NCBI RefSeq assembly: GCF_009914755.1
Contig: NC_060927.1
Length of the DNA stretch: 64,000 nucleotides
DNA from: the human T2T-CHM13v2.0 reference genome, Homo sapiens
Reading direction: 5' to 3' (one strand)
Of this stretch, positions 1 to 13,900 are shown piece after piece (within the stretch, counting starts at the first letter, position 1; each line of letters starts with the position of its first letter). The notes beneath the pieces were generated by a model. It was given only the letters and a program-made list of their open reading frames with translations. It was not told the origin of the DNA and searched no databases. Position numbers and translations under genes: made by a program.

Positions 1-634
1 TTCTGTAAGGGACTCACAATAACAAAGAAAATTACTATCAAGAAACATGACTGGCTTCTGTTTCTAAGTTTCTTCCTAAGAATTAAATGTTTCTTCCTGA
101 GGGGTAGGGGTTAGGGAGGGGTATAGAAAGAAGACCTGATAGCTCTTCTAGAAGGAATAACGAAAGAAGTTGGAAACAGCTTTTCTTTTCCTCTTGTAAT
201 TAAAAATAAGGCTAGAAAATACTTGGCAAAATAATTTTAAAGACGAGTCAAATACTAATTGATGTTTTTTAGCTGATTAAAAAATTCAGGTTCAGTATTT
301 ATATTTCAGGTACTGCGTTATACAGATTCTTCAAAATGGGTCAGTAGCTGTGCAAGACAGCAGGAAAACTAAAAAATACAGTTCCAAATATCTTGTAGAA
401 TAATAAAATATAGTCATTTTAACAACCTAGGATACTTTTTTTTTACTATCAAAAAGATTTTTTAAGGTATTACTAATATCAAAGAACAAAGGGAGCTTTA
501 CTGCCTATGGTAATTCTTGTTCAATGTCTTGCTAATTATTTTTAGAGTAAACTTCAATAAACAGGGAATAGATTAACTGGAACCATAGCAATAGGATGTT
601 GAAACCCAAAAGGAACTTGGAGATAATTTTAATC

Positions 635-750
635 GTATTATTCTGCAGATAATGAAGCCCAGAGACTAAAAGGGATTTTCTCAGGCCACACAGCTTCTTG
701 GAGGCAGAACTTGGACTAGAATCCAAGTTTCTTGATTCCTAACCTGGATT
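635..750 (-). mobile_element. MIR SINE fragment
   Basis: Degenerate match to the reverse MIR core (ttctgcagataatgaagcccagag...ggccacacagct...ggcagaacttggactagaatccaag). Confidence 0.6.
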
Positions 751-960
751 CCTTTCCCCTTCACCAGGTTGGTGGCCTGTGGTAAAGGGGCAAATGTCCA
801 AATAGGGGACACATTTAAATAGTCAGGCAAATGACCATCAAACTTCCATGATGATTCCCAGGATCTGCATTTATCCAATCTAGTTGTGTTCATCCTAATT
901 CCAACATAGCTCCTGGACATATCCTAGTGACTTTAGGCCCAGAATGGGCTCTTTATCTCA

Positions 961-1831
961 ACAGATGATACCATCATCTACTCTGTTGGCTAAGCAGGAA
1001 CCTGAGCATCATGATTTCTTTCTCCTCCAGGAACCAACTGTTCAATAATGGTTGTCTTCCCCCTTTATGTAACCCGTGAATCCTTCTACCTCTCTCCATC
1101 TCCACTCCCTCCACTCTAGAAGAAGCCACCATCATCTCTCACCAGCAATACTGCTGCAGCCTCTCACATATCCCTCTTCCCTCCTTGTCCTCTCCACCCT
1201 CCCTTCATTGTTATTCATCACATATGGCGAGGAGGATTACTCTAAAATCAAATCTATTGTTCATGTCATGGTCTTCATATACGATCCCTACTGCCTTGAA
1301 GATAAAATATAAACTCCCTTCACTTGAAAGACAAGATGCTGCAAAAACTGGCCCCTGATTATCTCCCCAGCCTCATTTATTCCTTTATTCTCTCCTCAAC
1401 GTGCTGTTCCTTACGCCAAGTTTATGCTCTAACCATTCTAAACTTTGACCTTTTTTTTTTTTCAGATGTAGTAAGTTCTCCTATGCCATTCTCTCTGCCT
1501 TGGATACTTTCCCCTGTATCTTCACCTGGTTAATTTCTAATTATCTTTTAGGTCTTCGATTAGATATTACTTCTTCTGAACAATCTTCCTTGATGACCCA
1601 GCTACTTTACATCTCTGGATGGAATCCTCCTCTTTGCTCTAATGGTAAGTGGTATGTTCACATTATAGCACTTATCACATCTTTTTGTAATTGTCTAAGT
1701 TTTGTTATCTCATTAGCCTATTAGCTCCATATGAGATAGAAATTATGTCCAACTTCTGTGTGGGCACTCCACCACCTATTGCGGTTCCTGGTATGTAACT
1801 ACAAATAGTTGGTGAACGAATGAATGAATGA
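961..1831 (+). mobile_element. L2 LINE 3' portion (L2b/c-like)
   Basis: Pyrimidine-rich L2 3' motifs (ccatcatctctc, ctggcccctg, tagcacttatcaca) ending in the (gaat)n tail at 1817-1831. Confidence 0.75.
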
Positions 1832-4217
1832 GGTCTTTTTAATTTTCTCAAATTCCTCATAGAGTTAAGAGAGATTGAGTTGAGTTGAGGATGGATGGGA
1901 AACGATATGGACAGAAATATCCAAGAATGGAGTCAGGGAGGAGGCAGAATATCTTTTGTTTCCTCCCTGTTTGGAATTCTAGTGAAGAACAGTGTCAGGG
2001 ACATAAAAGAGAATAGGATGCTAGGTTACGTTTCTGTTTATAGTTCTATCAAATAAGACTGAAATCAATAGGATCTCCTTGTTAGAAAATCCTTACCCTA
2101 TACTAGTATAATGTGTTTATGTATGTTTAAAATTTTTCATAATAAAAAGTTTAAAAAATTTATTCCTTTGACTTTAATTCCAAAAAATCAGACAGGTGAT
2201 GATTTGTGTAAAGGGCAAATGCTTATTTAATTGGTAAATGGGTATTGGTGGGTGTGGGCATGGGTGAAGCAAAACTTTTTAATTGGATAACTTTATATGG
2301 ATGACTTTTAATGGTGTTCTGAGTGGTTGATGGTCAGGTAACATATATGGAGAGGAAGAACTTAACATTAGTTTAAATTGTAATCATTTTCTGTTAAGAA
2401 ATGGGATGACAATCTTTGTTATCTGGTTATTTTTAGTGCTTATCTGTGTGTATTTTAACAAAGTGAAAACAAAATTAGTATATGATGATACACATCTTTA
2501 ACATGCGAATTCATTTTTTAACAATTATTTTTGAACTTCTGAAAACAAGCTAGAAACACTGTTTACGTGGGTTATTGCTACACGAAAATCACATTGTAGA
2601 CTCAGTTCCCTTAAGAATTTTGTTAAGCTATTTTCTGAACACAGAACAAAGATCTTAATAGTTTTTAGCCGAGTTATTTGGATATTTGACTGTCATTACT
2701 TAAACAAATTGACCAAATTTATGTGTAAGTTTACAAGCATGTATTTTACATAGCTTCTATAGTATCTTTTAAGTTTCTTAGCTTTCACAGTTTTTTATTT
2801 ACTACATGGCTAAAATCATTTGCAACCAACACTGCTTTATTGAATGCAGTTTTTCACCAGGGCACACACTCTCTTCATATTCCGGCCAAAACGTGTTCGT
2901 GGAAATAAAGATTCTCTTTTAAGACAGAAGACAAAGTCCAACTCCATTTGTTTGTTGTGAAGCCAATATGGTTTATCCTGGCCATTTTGGTTGGAGCCCA
3001 AGTATATCTGACTCATAGTTTGGTCTTTTATTCTGGCAATTTACCTCATTTTTCATAATTTACCTAGGGCTGTCAAGAACAATTGTTATCTTCCCCGAGA
3101 GACTAGTAAATACTCCTTTAAGCCAATGGATTTATAGGAGGTGGAATCCAAAGATTCAGTTCATTTGGGCAGATTCATCAAATACTTCCTAAATACAAGG
3201 CATGGCATACGGTGTTTTCAGGGATGCAAAGAGAATAATTCTTGACCTGAAGGAATTTGCAGTCAAGTTATATACCAAAAGGGAAAATGTGCACAAACAA
3301 AATTGTTTGTGAGGATATAGTCTGCAAGAGACAAAACCCGTCTACTCAACTTACATTAAAGGAACATGTGATTGCACCCAAAACTAACCGTGAGAGGCTT
3401 TTTTATAGAGTGACTGGAAATAAATGTTTGTGTTACTACTTTTTATGCTCCATCAGAGAACAGATACTGTGATAGACATTTTTTATAACTTGCTCCAGAG
3501 AAAGCAAGCAACAGAGGTTGCTGTGCCAACCTCACACATTTGCTTTAGAAACGAGTACAATCTGGACGAAAGCAGTTTCTAGCTTATCAGGTCACAGGAG
3601 TTTAGACAAACCAGGATTCTGGAGGAATAGTGTATGAGTGTTGGGCCATTGACTTAGGGTTGTCATATAAAGTCTCAAATTAACGGAAGTTGAAGCTGCT
3701 GCCCTGTCTCAGTGGGACTAAAAATATCAGCTGTATTATTGGTTTTAGCAAAATGCAATCTGAATTTTAACATTTATTTTTTGGTTTATTATTTTCATGT
3801 TGTTTTGTTTAAAATTTATTCTCTTTGGAATAATAAGCTATTTTTAAGGACTTAATGCAGTATAGATTATAGCAGTGTTGACTTCCAACTAAATAATTTA
3901 GAAGAGGAAGAAAATAGTAAAAGAGTTATATATCTAAATTTAAATCTAAACTTAATCTGTGTCTATATCTGTATGTATTTATTTATATATTCATTAATTT
4001 ATATTTGATATGAAACTTACAACCATGGGCATTTTTAAAATATAGAATTTCCCTTTGTATGCAGATTTACAGCAAAGAAGTATAAGAATATTTTGATTAA
4101 ATATGCCCTCTGAGTTCTTAGTTTTTAAGTACAACAGTAAATTTATACTCAATTTGGAAGAAAGCAGAAATTTTCCATTGATTACTTAAGGTTGGTAATA
4201 ACACCCAGAAATGGTAG

Positions 4218-4691
4218 TGTGAAAGGCTGATTTATTACCATGGCCTCACTGTGGCAAAGGATAATTCCCCATCCCTAGATTCTGGACTTGATCATGTTTT
4301 AGCCAAAGAAAGGTTAGTGTATATGATATAAGTGGAGACTTTGCACATGCTTCCATGGTTAGGTTTGCCTTTTTGCACTTTGAGATCCCCAGGAAGGACA
4401 ACCTGCCTCATATAACATGCTGCTGTTTCAGCCTGGGTCTCAAATTGAGAGGTGTTGAGCTGACCACATGCCCCTGGCAACTGCTAATCCAAGGAACATA
4501 AAAGACACGTGGATTAGATCTGAACCTACCCTGGAGACTGGAGCCTGGACTCCAACCTCGCTTAGCCAAGTGGCAGCTAGCATGCTGCTGATGAATGTGA
4601 GAATAAATGATTGTTTCTTCAAGTTCATGAATTTTAGGGTGGTTTGTTAGTTTGTTATTAAACATTGTTGCAGCAACAACTGACTAATACA
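4218..4691 (+). mobile_element. MaLR LTR, old MLT1 (H/I/J-like)
   Basis: Ends aataaatgattgtttcttcaag...ggtggtttgtt...gcaacaactgactaataca, a typical MLT1 3' end. Confidence 0.7.
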
Positions 4692-5979
4692 GGTCATCTA
4701 CAGATATTTTTTTTCTAACTCTATGCAGACATATGTAAGTATGAAAATTTCCTCAAATATTCCTTTTCTTAGATGTCTCCAACATAATTTGCAATGTTAC
4801 CTGGGCGTTTAGTGGTTTTAACTAAGAATGTCTTTTCTCTGCATTGGAAGAACTGAATTGGTGAAATGGGCATTCTGAGTGACTTCTAGATATAATATGT
4901 ATTACGTTCTGTCTCCAAAAGATATAAATGCTGACTATAAATTGTGCAGTTGGAATTTGGGAATTGAATACTTACAGGAATTCTGAGATGTAGAAAGTAA
5001 ATTATGTGTGAAGCTAGCAGTTTTCAAAAATGCTATGCTGCTTTTAAAATTTCTTCTCTTGAGTTTGAGTAAACTTTTTACTTATAGCTTTCTAATTTTC
5101 CAAGTAGGAAAAAATCATATCACAAAGAATGCAAGTGTGAGGAGCAGTTAGTTCCAAACTGCCTGCTGCTTTTCAGCTAGGATTGTGTGTAGTTTATGTC
5201 AAAACACTTCAGCAAAGAAATACAAATACAGACTAATGTTTGACTTCTTTTGTTGTGTTGAACTGGAGCCAGCAAAAGTATTTATATATAAATCCACTTG
5301 TGAAATGCATAACCCTCTCAATGTGACTTATATGTTTAAGGCTTAAAGAGAATTCAGGTTGATTGACAGAAACTACTGCTCTTACAACGTCAAAATGTAG
5401 ACTCTGCTTATGCAGAAACTTTTAAATTCATTCTTTTTACTGAGGATGTTTATCTTCTAATTAAGTGCTATTGCATTAGCAAGGAACATTTATTTGCCCT
5501 ACTATGTGTATTGTAAAGCATAAACCTTGAATATACCCATCCTCATTCTTGTCTTTATAAACTTGAGGAAAACAAATCCCCCCAAACCCCAAGTGTATGC
5601 CTAAAATATCTACTTAGACATTGCCTCAGGGCAAAATAGATGGCTTTGCCATTTTAAACACTTGAACATAATGCAGGTATAAAAGAGAGCCCTGTCACAT
5701 GGAGTCAGATATTTTCCTCCTCTCTTTAACAGTAATACTCTACAAAACCCTGTTTTTGTCTCCTTAATTCTGTGAGGAACTAAGACATGCTTTTTGAAGC
5801 TCTGATTTAGAAGAGCTTCTGTGGATAAAGCTAATATGAAAGAGCACTGGCACATCAAATGTCTTAAAGACCATGTAGGAATGCCATGTCTCCATTTTTC
5901 AAAAGCCGCATCCTCCTATTTTGTTGAACTCTATTACCTTGTTTAAATTTTTATTGCATTCCCACATAGTGTTATGCAT

Positions 5980-6340
5980 AACTATATAAGAAATGCCACA
6001 ACGGATTAGGCCAATGGTCCGTCTTGCCTGCCTCTGAGGGACATTTTGCAGGGAGCTAAGGTTGTCTTTCTTGATGTTACTCTGAAAACATTAGGAATTG
6101 GCTGCACATAGTTCTTACATCCCCCTCCTTTAATATTCCATTATAGAACCAGCATCTGAGAATTTTCCTAAGCCTTTTAAAATTTATTTATAGTTTCACC
6201 CTTTGTTATACTTTTGGGACAATAAGATCACTGTTTGATTTGAATAAAAAAACTGCTTTCCTCAAGTTTCAAAAGTTGGTTCCTGTGGCCTAGCATTTTG
6301 AGGTTTGATCCACAAGTCCGTTTACAAAATTCCCATCTTC
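5980..6340 (-). mobile_element. Ancient CR1/L3-like LINE fragment (probably resumes ~6850-7060)
   Basis: ataagaaatgccacaacggattaggccaatggtccgtcttgcc resembles the CR1/L3 3' end on the reverse strand; highly diverged. Confidence 0.45.
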
Positions 6341-6363
6341 ATGATTTCCTGGAATTCAGTTAT

Positions 6364-6832
6364 ATAGTAGGCTGCTTCTAAACTGGTTCCTAGTGATCTC
6401 TAAATCCTGGTATTTATAAGCCTTTGTGTAAATTCCTTTCTTGTGCTTGGGCTGGACCCAATGACTTGCTTCTAATGAATAGAATATGGCAAAAATGATG
6501 AAATATCAATGTCAAGATTAGGTAATAAAAGACTGCGACTTTCACCATGCTTGTACTGTCTCTCTTGGACTCCTTTCACATGCCTTCTCTGCAATAGCAA
6601 ACTACCACATTGTGAACTGTCCTACTGAGGGGTCCAAATGGCAGGGACATAGGGTAGCCTCTCGCCAATGGCCAGTGAGGAACTAAGGTCCTCAGTCCAA
6701 CAATCCTTGAGAAACTGGGTCCTGCCAGCAGTTACATTGAGCTTGGAAACCGATCCTCCCCTAGTTGAACTTTCAGATGAGGCAATAGACCCAGCTGATA
6801 CCTTGATTGCAGCTTTGTAGGAGACTCTGAAG
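6364..6832 (+). mobile_element. MaLR LTR MLT1E/F-like, 3'-truncated
   Basis: gacttgcttctaatgaatagaatatggcaaaa...ccagtgaggaactaagg...gagcttggaa...ccttgattgcagct motifs. Confidence 0.8.
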
Positions 6833-7088
6833 GGAAGTTGAAGATTACTGGGGACAGTTTTAGAAACAGTTTACCACATAACTAAACAGGAACTATGCAG
6901 CCCCTTGTCTCACTTTATTTGGGTTATGTCTTTGAGATTGTCCTGCCATAAGACCTTAACAGTTTGTCATATTGGCCTTCCAAAAATATTTTTATCTTGG
7001 CAATTCTAAGGTACATTTCCCCTCTCAGATCATTAATGTGCCTTTTGAAAAAGTTAAGCATGATCATAGCAGATTTTGATGTAGTGGA

Positions 7089-7620
7089 TGTATCACTTAG
7101 TTATTTCTGTGTAGCAGACCACCTTAAAACAGTGGCTTCAAACAATAACTATTTAGCTCCCGCTTCTATGGGTTGGCCCTTTAGGCTGCACTCAGCTGGG
7201 CAGTTCTAATCTCACCTGTACCCTTTCATGCATCTGCCATCAGCTGCCGGTCAGCTAGGAGGCTTTGCTGATCTTGGAGAAACTTTCTCACATCTCTAGG
7301 CCTCAGCTGGGATTAATTAGCTGACTCAGTTATGTTCCATGTGATGATGATCCAGCAGGCTATCCCAGGTTTGCCTGCATGGCAATGGCAGAGCCCCAAG
7401 AAAATGAACAGAAGCAAGGTCTCTTGGGTCCTAGGCTTAGAACTGAAACACCTGTCACTTTCATCACATTTCATTGGCCATAGCAAGTCATGAGGCCAGC
7501 CCAGATTCATTGGATGGGGAAACAGATTCTACCTCTTGCTGGGAGGAAATACAAAGTTAATTGTGAAGAATATGAAGACAGGGGAATGAATAACTGTGAC
7601 TTTGTTTTTTTCAATCTGCC
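7089..7620 (-). mobile_element. MaLR LTR MLT1G/H-like
   Basis: Starts tgtatcacttagttatttctgtgtagcagaccaccttaaaacagtggctt; contains cattggccatagcaagtcatgaggccagcccagattca. Confidence 0.75.
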
Positions 7621-7698
7621 AGTGGCCATGATTTACACAGTATCCTCCCATTATAGCACAGAGTGTTGTTACACTAAGTGGTACTAACAGGTACCAAT

Positions 7699-7875
7699 GT
7701 TGGATTCTCATCCCAATTTTATAGCTTGCCATCTGTGTGACTCTCTGCCTCAGTTTACTTATCTGTAGAGTGAGACTGTTAATATGGCCTATCTTATAGG
7801 ATCATTGTGACTAGTGAATTAATACATTTAAGAATCTTAGGCCTGGTGAGTGCTCAAAAATTGATAGCTATTATC
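7699..7875 (+). mobile_element. MIR SINE
   Basis: ctgtgtgactctctgcctcagtttacttatctgtagagtg...gtgctcaaaaattgatagctattat. Confidence 0.75.
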
Positions 7876-10769
7876 GAGATTATGTTGTAACAATTATTTG
7901 TTTTCATGTTTTTTATTTTTCTAGAGCTAGATTCACTGAGAGAGGGGACCTTAATGCATTAAATTCTTCATCAAAAATGATTAAACATCAATTATATGCT
8001 AGGAGCTAGGAGCTGGAGCATGAATGACCCCAGTAGGACATAAACTCATAATCGTGTTATTTTCAACACCATAGGTTTTTATTTCAGATCTACCTTCCTC
8101 AAACTCCTGCTTTGACTCTTTTAGTTTTTATTTCTTTCTGTTTTTGTTCTTGTTGCTTAAATCTTTGGAATATTTTCAAACATTTTTGGTGATCTCAATT
8201 ATATTCACTGGTTATCCTGCATATATGTCTCTTTTCGCTATTCCAGCCTTGAAAATTATTGTAGATTAGTAAGGCTTTGACTTCTGTTTGTGTTTTTTTC
8301 CAAGGACTCTGTTTATTCCCTTTGCTCTGAGTTTGTGGTAAAAAACTGAATACATTTGGGAAAGCTAAAGTTCATTAGGTCAAATGGTGGCATCATTCAT
8401 CTGTTTCTTCTTTTGGCAAATGGAGGTAGTGAGTACCCAGAGTTGTTAGAAGGATTATTCCAGTCTTTTTAGGCAGGGAGCAGAGCTCCTTGGTACCTTG
8501 TTTTTTGCATTTGCCAATTGGCTCTGCCCTACTTGCTTATAGGATTATAGTAAAATGCAGATTAAAGAACAGAAACAAAAGAAATTAGAAAATGTCTTAA
8601 TAATATCTATAATGGGAATAATAACACTTATTAAGGAACAAGAGTAGTTAGACCAGTGGAGGTTAGAAATTGGCAAAGACCCAATAAATTCTAGGGACTA
8701 AAAGGAGCTTGTATTGGCCTAAAGATTTTTGAAAAATAAGTATAAAATTTTACTTAATATAATGACTCCATTCCTTTTCCATCTTTCCCAACTTTTATCT
8801 TCTGCTTCTTGAATCTAAATCAAGGCTGAACATGAAAGCTTCTGTATGATGTACAATTACTGTTGTAGTAACTATAAAATGTTGCATGTACTTAATTTTC
8901 GTAAGTACAATGTGTTCTGCTTCACTTTTATTTTACTCTATTAGGTATGCAGCCTATTTGCCAGGGTGAGTTATCTCCTCTTAGAGTTTGGTTATATACC
9001 TAGTCTATTTTGTAAACACAATTTCCATTAAAAATGAATTACTTTTCTTCAGAGCTTATTGATGGGCTGACACATCGCTAAATTTCTTTTCTGAGCCAAG
9101 ATTTGTCACCTTGATCAAAAGTTGGCAAAATGCAGTTTGTGATCTTTCGAAAGGTACAAGTGGTGGGTGCCCTACAAAAGGTTTTTTTAGTAGCACACTT
9201 GCCCTTGATTTTTGTCTTTAAAGCAATTAAGCAGCAGGAACAAAGAAATAGCAACTCTGCACTATGATTCCTCATATAATCTTGGCATTCACCAGAAACA
9301 CTTTTCTTCATTTAGGAAGAAGTGTTCTTCTGACAGACAGTCTGGAACAAAGTGTGCGTACACACATACAATGAGTCAAGAGTTGGAGTGCGAAAACATG
9401 AGACCCCAAACAGTAAGCTAAAAATGTGATATTGGATTCTTGGCAGAGAGATTACATTGTAAGCTTTCCGAAATCCAGCCCATGACACAAACAGTCAGGC
9501 ATCGCTGCTATTAGCAATCACACCCCAATACATCCAGAAAAGCAGGGAAGAGCAGAGCATTGGTTTAGTGAGATTGTCTGTCTACTTCTTTCAACTTTAC
9601 TAATAAAGGGTTTTTAAAAAGGTTTTTTCTGATTGTAAAAGTCATACATGCTCACAATTTTAAAAAATCAGAAAATACAAAAAATTCGTAGTGAGAACAG
9701 AATTGGGAAGAATTTAGGATGATCTTTCAACCAACTGTAATTGGTTGTTTTTATTTCTGAGTTTAGACACAGATTGTTTGTGGTTCAATGTATTTAATTA
9801 TTCAGGCATATAAAGGCCATCAGTGGGAGAATAAGATAAGGTAATTTCTATGACCTCTAAGGAAACAAAGGCATTTTTTGGGCAAGTATTTGCCCCATTG
9901 TTCCAAACTAATTAGCATTTACAATATAATAAGCTTCATTTTTCATGGCATTTCCCACACAAACCCGCCTCCTTTCAGTTTCTCAAAATGAAATAGCATT
10001 AGGAGAGAGAAGCCATATGGAATAGGTAGAGAAAAAAGCAAATGTTCTGAGATGAGTTTGGAAGGTTTGTATTTACAGAAGTGAGGGGGGTCAAGATCAG
10101 TAAGGCTTGGGCTGAACATTTTGATTTGCAGGAGAAAAGAAAAGCTTTTTTATGTTGAACATCCTTAAATGATGAGTAGTTTTCTTGTACAGAATAAAGC
10201 TGTGCTAAGTTGAGAGCAGGTCTATAAAATAAAGAGCCTCATGGGAAACAAGAAAAGAAAACCGTCTTGGTAACTGTGCTCGTCATAAAAAGAGAAGAGA
10301 GTAAACAATAATGATTATTCACTGATGGGTGAGAGATGATAATGGCCTGATCCACCATTAGGTTCTCAGCTAGGGAGCGGCACACTGGGCCATCCGTGGC
10401 TAGGGGAAATGCAAGCTGCAGATGGGTTGGGGAGGAGAAGGCAGTGGTAATTAGTGGGAAAACCACTCAGCACAGCTCACAGGCTGCCCATCATCCCCAC
10501 AAGATGAGGCTTGGGTGGGAGAAGGCTGTAGATATAGGTTCTTAAACAGAGGAGTAGGAACCAAAGGTTCTAAAAATAGGTGTTCACATTCTGCTCCGAC
10601 CCCTTTCAGGGCTTTGGAGAGAGTGATTTTATATCTCTATTTTCATGCATCTTTCTATGTGCGTTACAAAGTGCCACGAAGTTTGTTGATTCCTACTGGC
10701 TACCACTAGCATCAATAAAGGGTTATTCATATAGCAACAGTATTAATAGTAATAGACATGACAATAACA

Positions 10770-11170
10770 ATAAGTAATAGCTAACATTAGGGAGGGATCA
10801 CTAGGTGCAAAATACTCTAATGCTTTATATGGATTATTTCATTTAATCCTAATATGATACTATGTGATACATACTCTATTGCTCCCATTTTATTGATAAG
10901 GAGGTTGAGCTTAACAAGGCCCTCTAAGTCACCCAGTGCCATTGGAAATAGGAGGCAAAGCCAGGAAGTGAACTGCTGCAGTTTGATTCCAGGTCCTGCA
11001 TTCTACTGCTTACCTGGGAAATAAATAATGAATCTTTCTTATGTGTTTCCTGCACTCCCCAGATGGTACTAAGTATTCTATGTGGGTCATCTCATTTAAT
11101 CATTACAAAGTTGATGACACAGGTACAAATACAATGCCCATATTACAAATGAGACTGAGGGGCTTATATA
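10770..11170 (-). mobile_element. Two adjacent MIR fragments
   Basis: taatagctaacatt...atttcatttaatcct...cccattttattgataaggagg, then tctcatttaatcattacaa...cccatattacaaatgag. Confidence 0.65.
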
Positions 11171-11739
11171 GTTTCAGTAAAGTCAGGCTACTTTCCTGCT
11201 TAAGAGAGGTTTGATGAACCCCAGAATCAGCACCCTAAATCCTTGTTTTATATGACCCATCCTATACTCTTTTTATTTATACATTAAAAGGTAGACTTTT
11301 TCTTTTAGTTTATTTTCCTTCTTTTTAAAAAACCATGACTATGCCTTAAAATCTGTTTTCTCTTTCAAAAAATATACCTTATTGGTTACTAAAGGAAACA
11401 CCTCATTGGGTAACAGGTTTATAAAATGCTCTCACTTTTGAGGAGGTGGGGACCCTTCAACACTTTCAGGCTTCCCTTGTGAGCACAAACCGAAAGCATA
11501 CTAAATTTTGCTACTTGGTACTTGACAATGACCACTGCTTAATGCTTTTTAGGCATGTTAGAACCCCCACAGTGCCTCTAAATTGTGCAGGAGTACTCCT
11601 TGGGGAGAAATGTCTTTCTGACCTCAGCTTGCAATCAGTTAACACCATGAAGCATGGGAATTTATAGCCCTTACTTTTTATTTTCTCAGCAAGGGAGAAT
11701 CTGGAAGATGCCAGTACTGTAATGGAGTAAAGGGGATGC

Positions 11740-11960
11740 AATTTCATCTGTTCGTCCACAGATCTCTTGTTGACCTGTGTTGTAAAGTCATCAGCGAGTG
11801 ATGCTGTCTCGACAATCCCCCATATGAATGCAGTGTGGCTTTTAAAAAACAAAAAAAGAGAAAAACTTCCAACGTTTAACTTTTTAATTCTTGCCATAAC
11901 ACCAGCTGGCTCGTAATTAACCGCTGGCATCATCAATATCTCGTCAAAGTTAATGAGTTT
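11740..11960. promoter_or_regulatory. Candidate conserved non-coding element / enhancer
   Basis: Repeat-free; 7 CpGs in ~200 bp of AT-rich DNA; E-box CAGCTG (11903), TAATTA (11914), TCAAAG. Function is inferred only. Confidence 0.35.
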
Positions 11961-12651
11961 TTAACATAATTTTTAACTGCTCTGAAGAGGTTACAGAATT
12001 AAAAGAACAAGAATAATGTATATATTTATTCACAGACAAACAGAGGGATGAAAGATAAGGTTCCAGCTCTAAGGCCACTGGGCAAGGAATATGAGACAAT
12101 TCCTGGGCCTTCTCAGTGAATGCAGTGGTCAAGGTGGAAGGGATTTACAGGCCTGGGTGATCTTACATACCATGTGTATTTGCTAAAACTAACATTTACC
12201 TTTATTTGCAACTGCTTTGGTTTAATAAGAATTTCAGATGCAAAGACCCTCACAAAGGATCTCAGTTGCTTAGGATTTCTATACACATATATATTTCTCT
12301 TTCTTCACCATCAGATTCAGATAATTCATTTATTCATATTTCACATTTCATAGCATACTATCATCATTTGTAGTGCAAGGTCCTTCCCATCCTTCCTTCC
12401 TAATTATTGCCATTTCCCCATTTCCCTCAACGACATTAAAATCATTGATGTGTATCCTTTTATTTCTATATGTTCTTACAAAATGTGTATCGTTGTTTTA
12501 AAACATCGATTTTAAGTTTTACATGTATGGTATTGTGTTATAGACCTTATTCACTTTTTCCTTTTATGTTCAACACTGTGTTTTTAATATCTTTACATGT
12601 AGCTCTGTACACATATGCCTGTTGATTGTAACTGCTGCATATAAATGGTGC

Positions 12652-12886
<235 letters not shown>

Positions 12887-13039
12887 TAGAGCTTTGTCTG
12901 TTATTGTACCAGTACCATATTACTCTCAATTATTATGTTTTTATTATATGTCTTAATATTTGGTAGGGTCAGTGCACCCCTCTCCTACTTTTTCTCTTAA
13001 TTTTCAAAGTTGACTTAGCTATTCATGAACAGTGTTTAA

Positions 13040-13407
<368 letters not shown>

Positions 13408-13715
13408 TTAAGATACATTTTAGAATAACAATTGGAATTGCATTTGGAGAGAATTGACATCTTTATATAGTAAATCATACTACCCAAGACCAGGAGTCGT
13501 CTCTTGTTTTATTTTGATCTTTTATGTACTTTAATGTAATTATATATTCATCCATAGTGGTGTCATGGATTCATTTGTAACTTGCTGTCTGAGCTTTGTC
13601 ATTCCCTTGAACTGTCCATGTTCAACATGTGCTGTCTTTCTTCAGCAGTACAAGGTCAGTCTTCTGGAACAAAGATGTGTCATTTAGTGTTGTTTGAACC
13701 AGGTGCTGTCCAAAG

Positions 13716-13900
13716 CAGTTCTCAGACTTGTGTTAAACTGGCTGAGAAGAGCCCCTGGGGTCTTCATTAAAAATAAAAATGACTGGTGTCCAACTCCCCC
13801 AGAGATTTTGATTTGGTTGGTTCAAGTGAATTTAGAAATCTGAATCTTTAGTAGTTCTCAGATTATTCAGATGGGCAGCCATGTTTGGGAACTACCATTC
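13716..13900. mobile_element. MER5-like hAT-Charlie MITE
   Basis: cagttctcagactt...cccctggggtcttcattaaaaat...cccagagattttgattt...ttcagatgggcagccatgtttgggaactac. Confidence 0.65.

Noticed and set aside
2110-2160. AATAAA at 2141 as a gene polyadenylation site
   Set aside because: The context (tttaaaatttttcataataaaaagtttaaaaaa) resembles the 3' tail of an old L1M.
11511-11936. Longest ORF (141 aa, minus strand)
   Set aside because: No recognisable domain, it crosses a low-complexity T-run, and roughly one stop-free run of this length is expected by chance in six frames of 64 kb at this composition.
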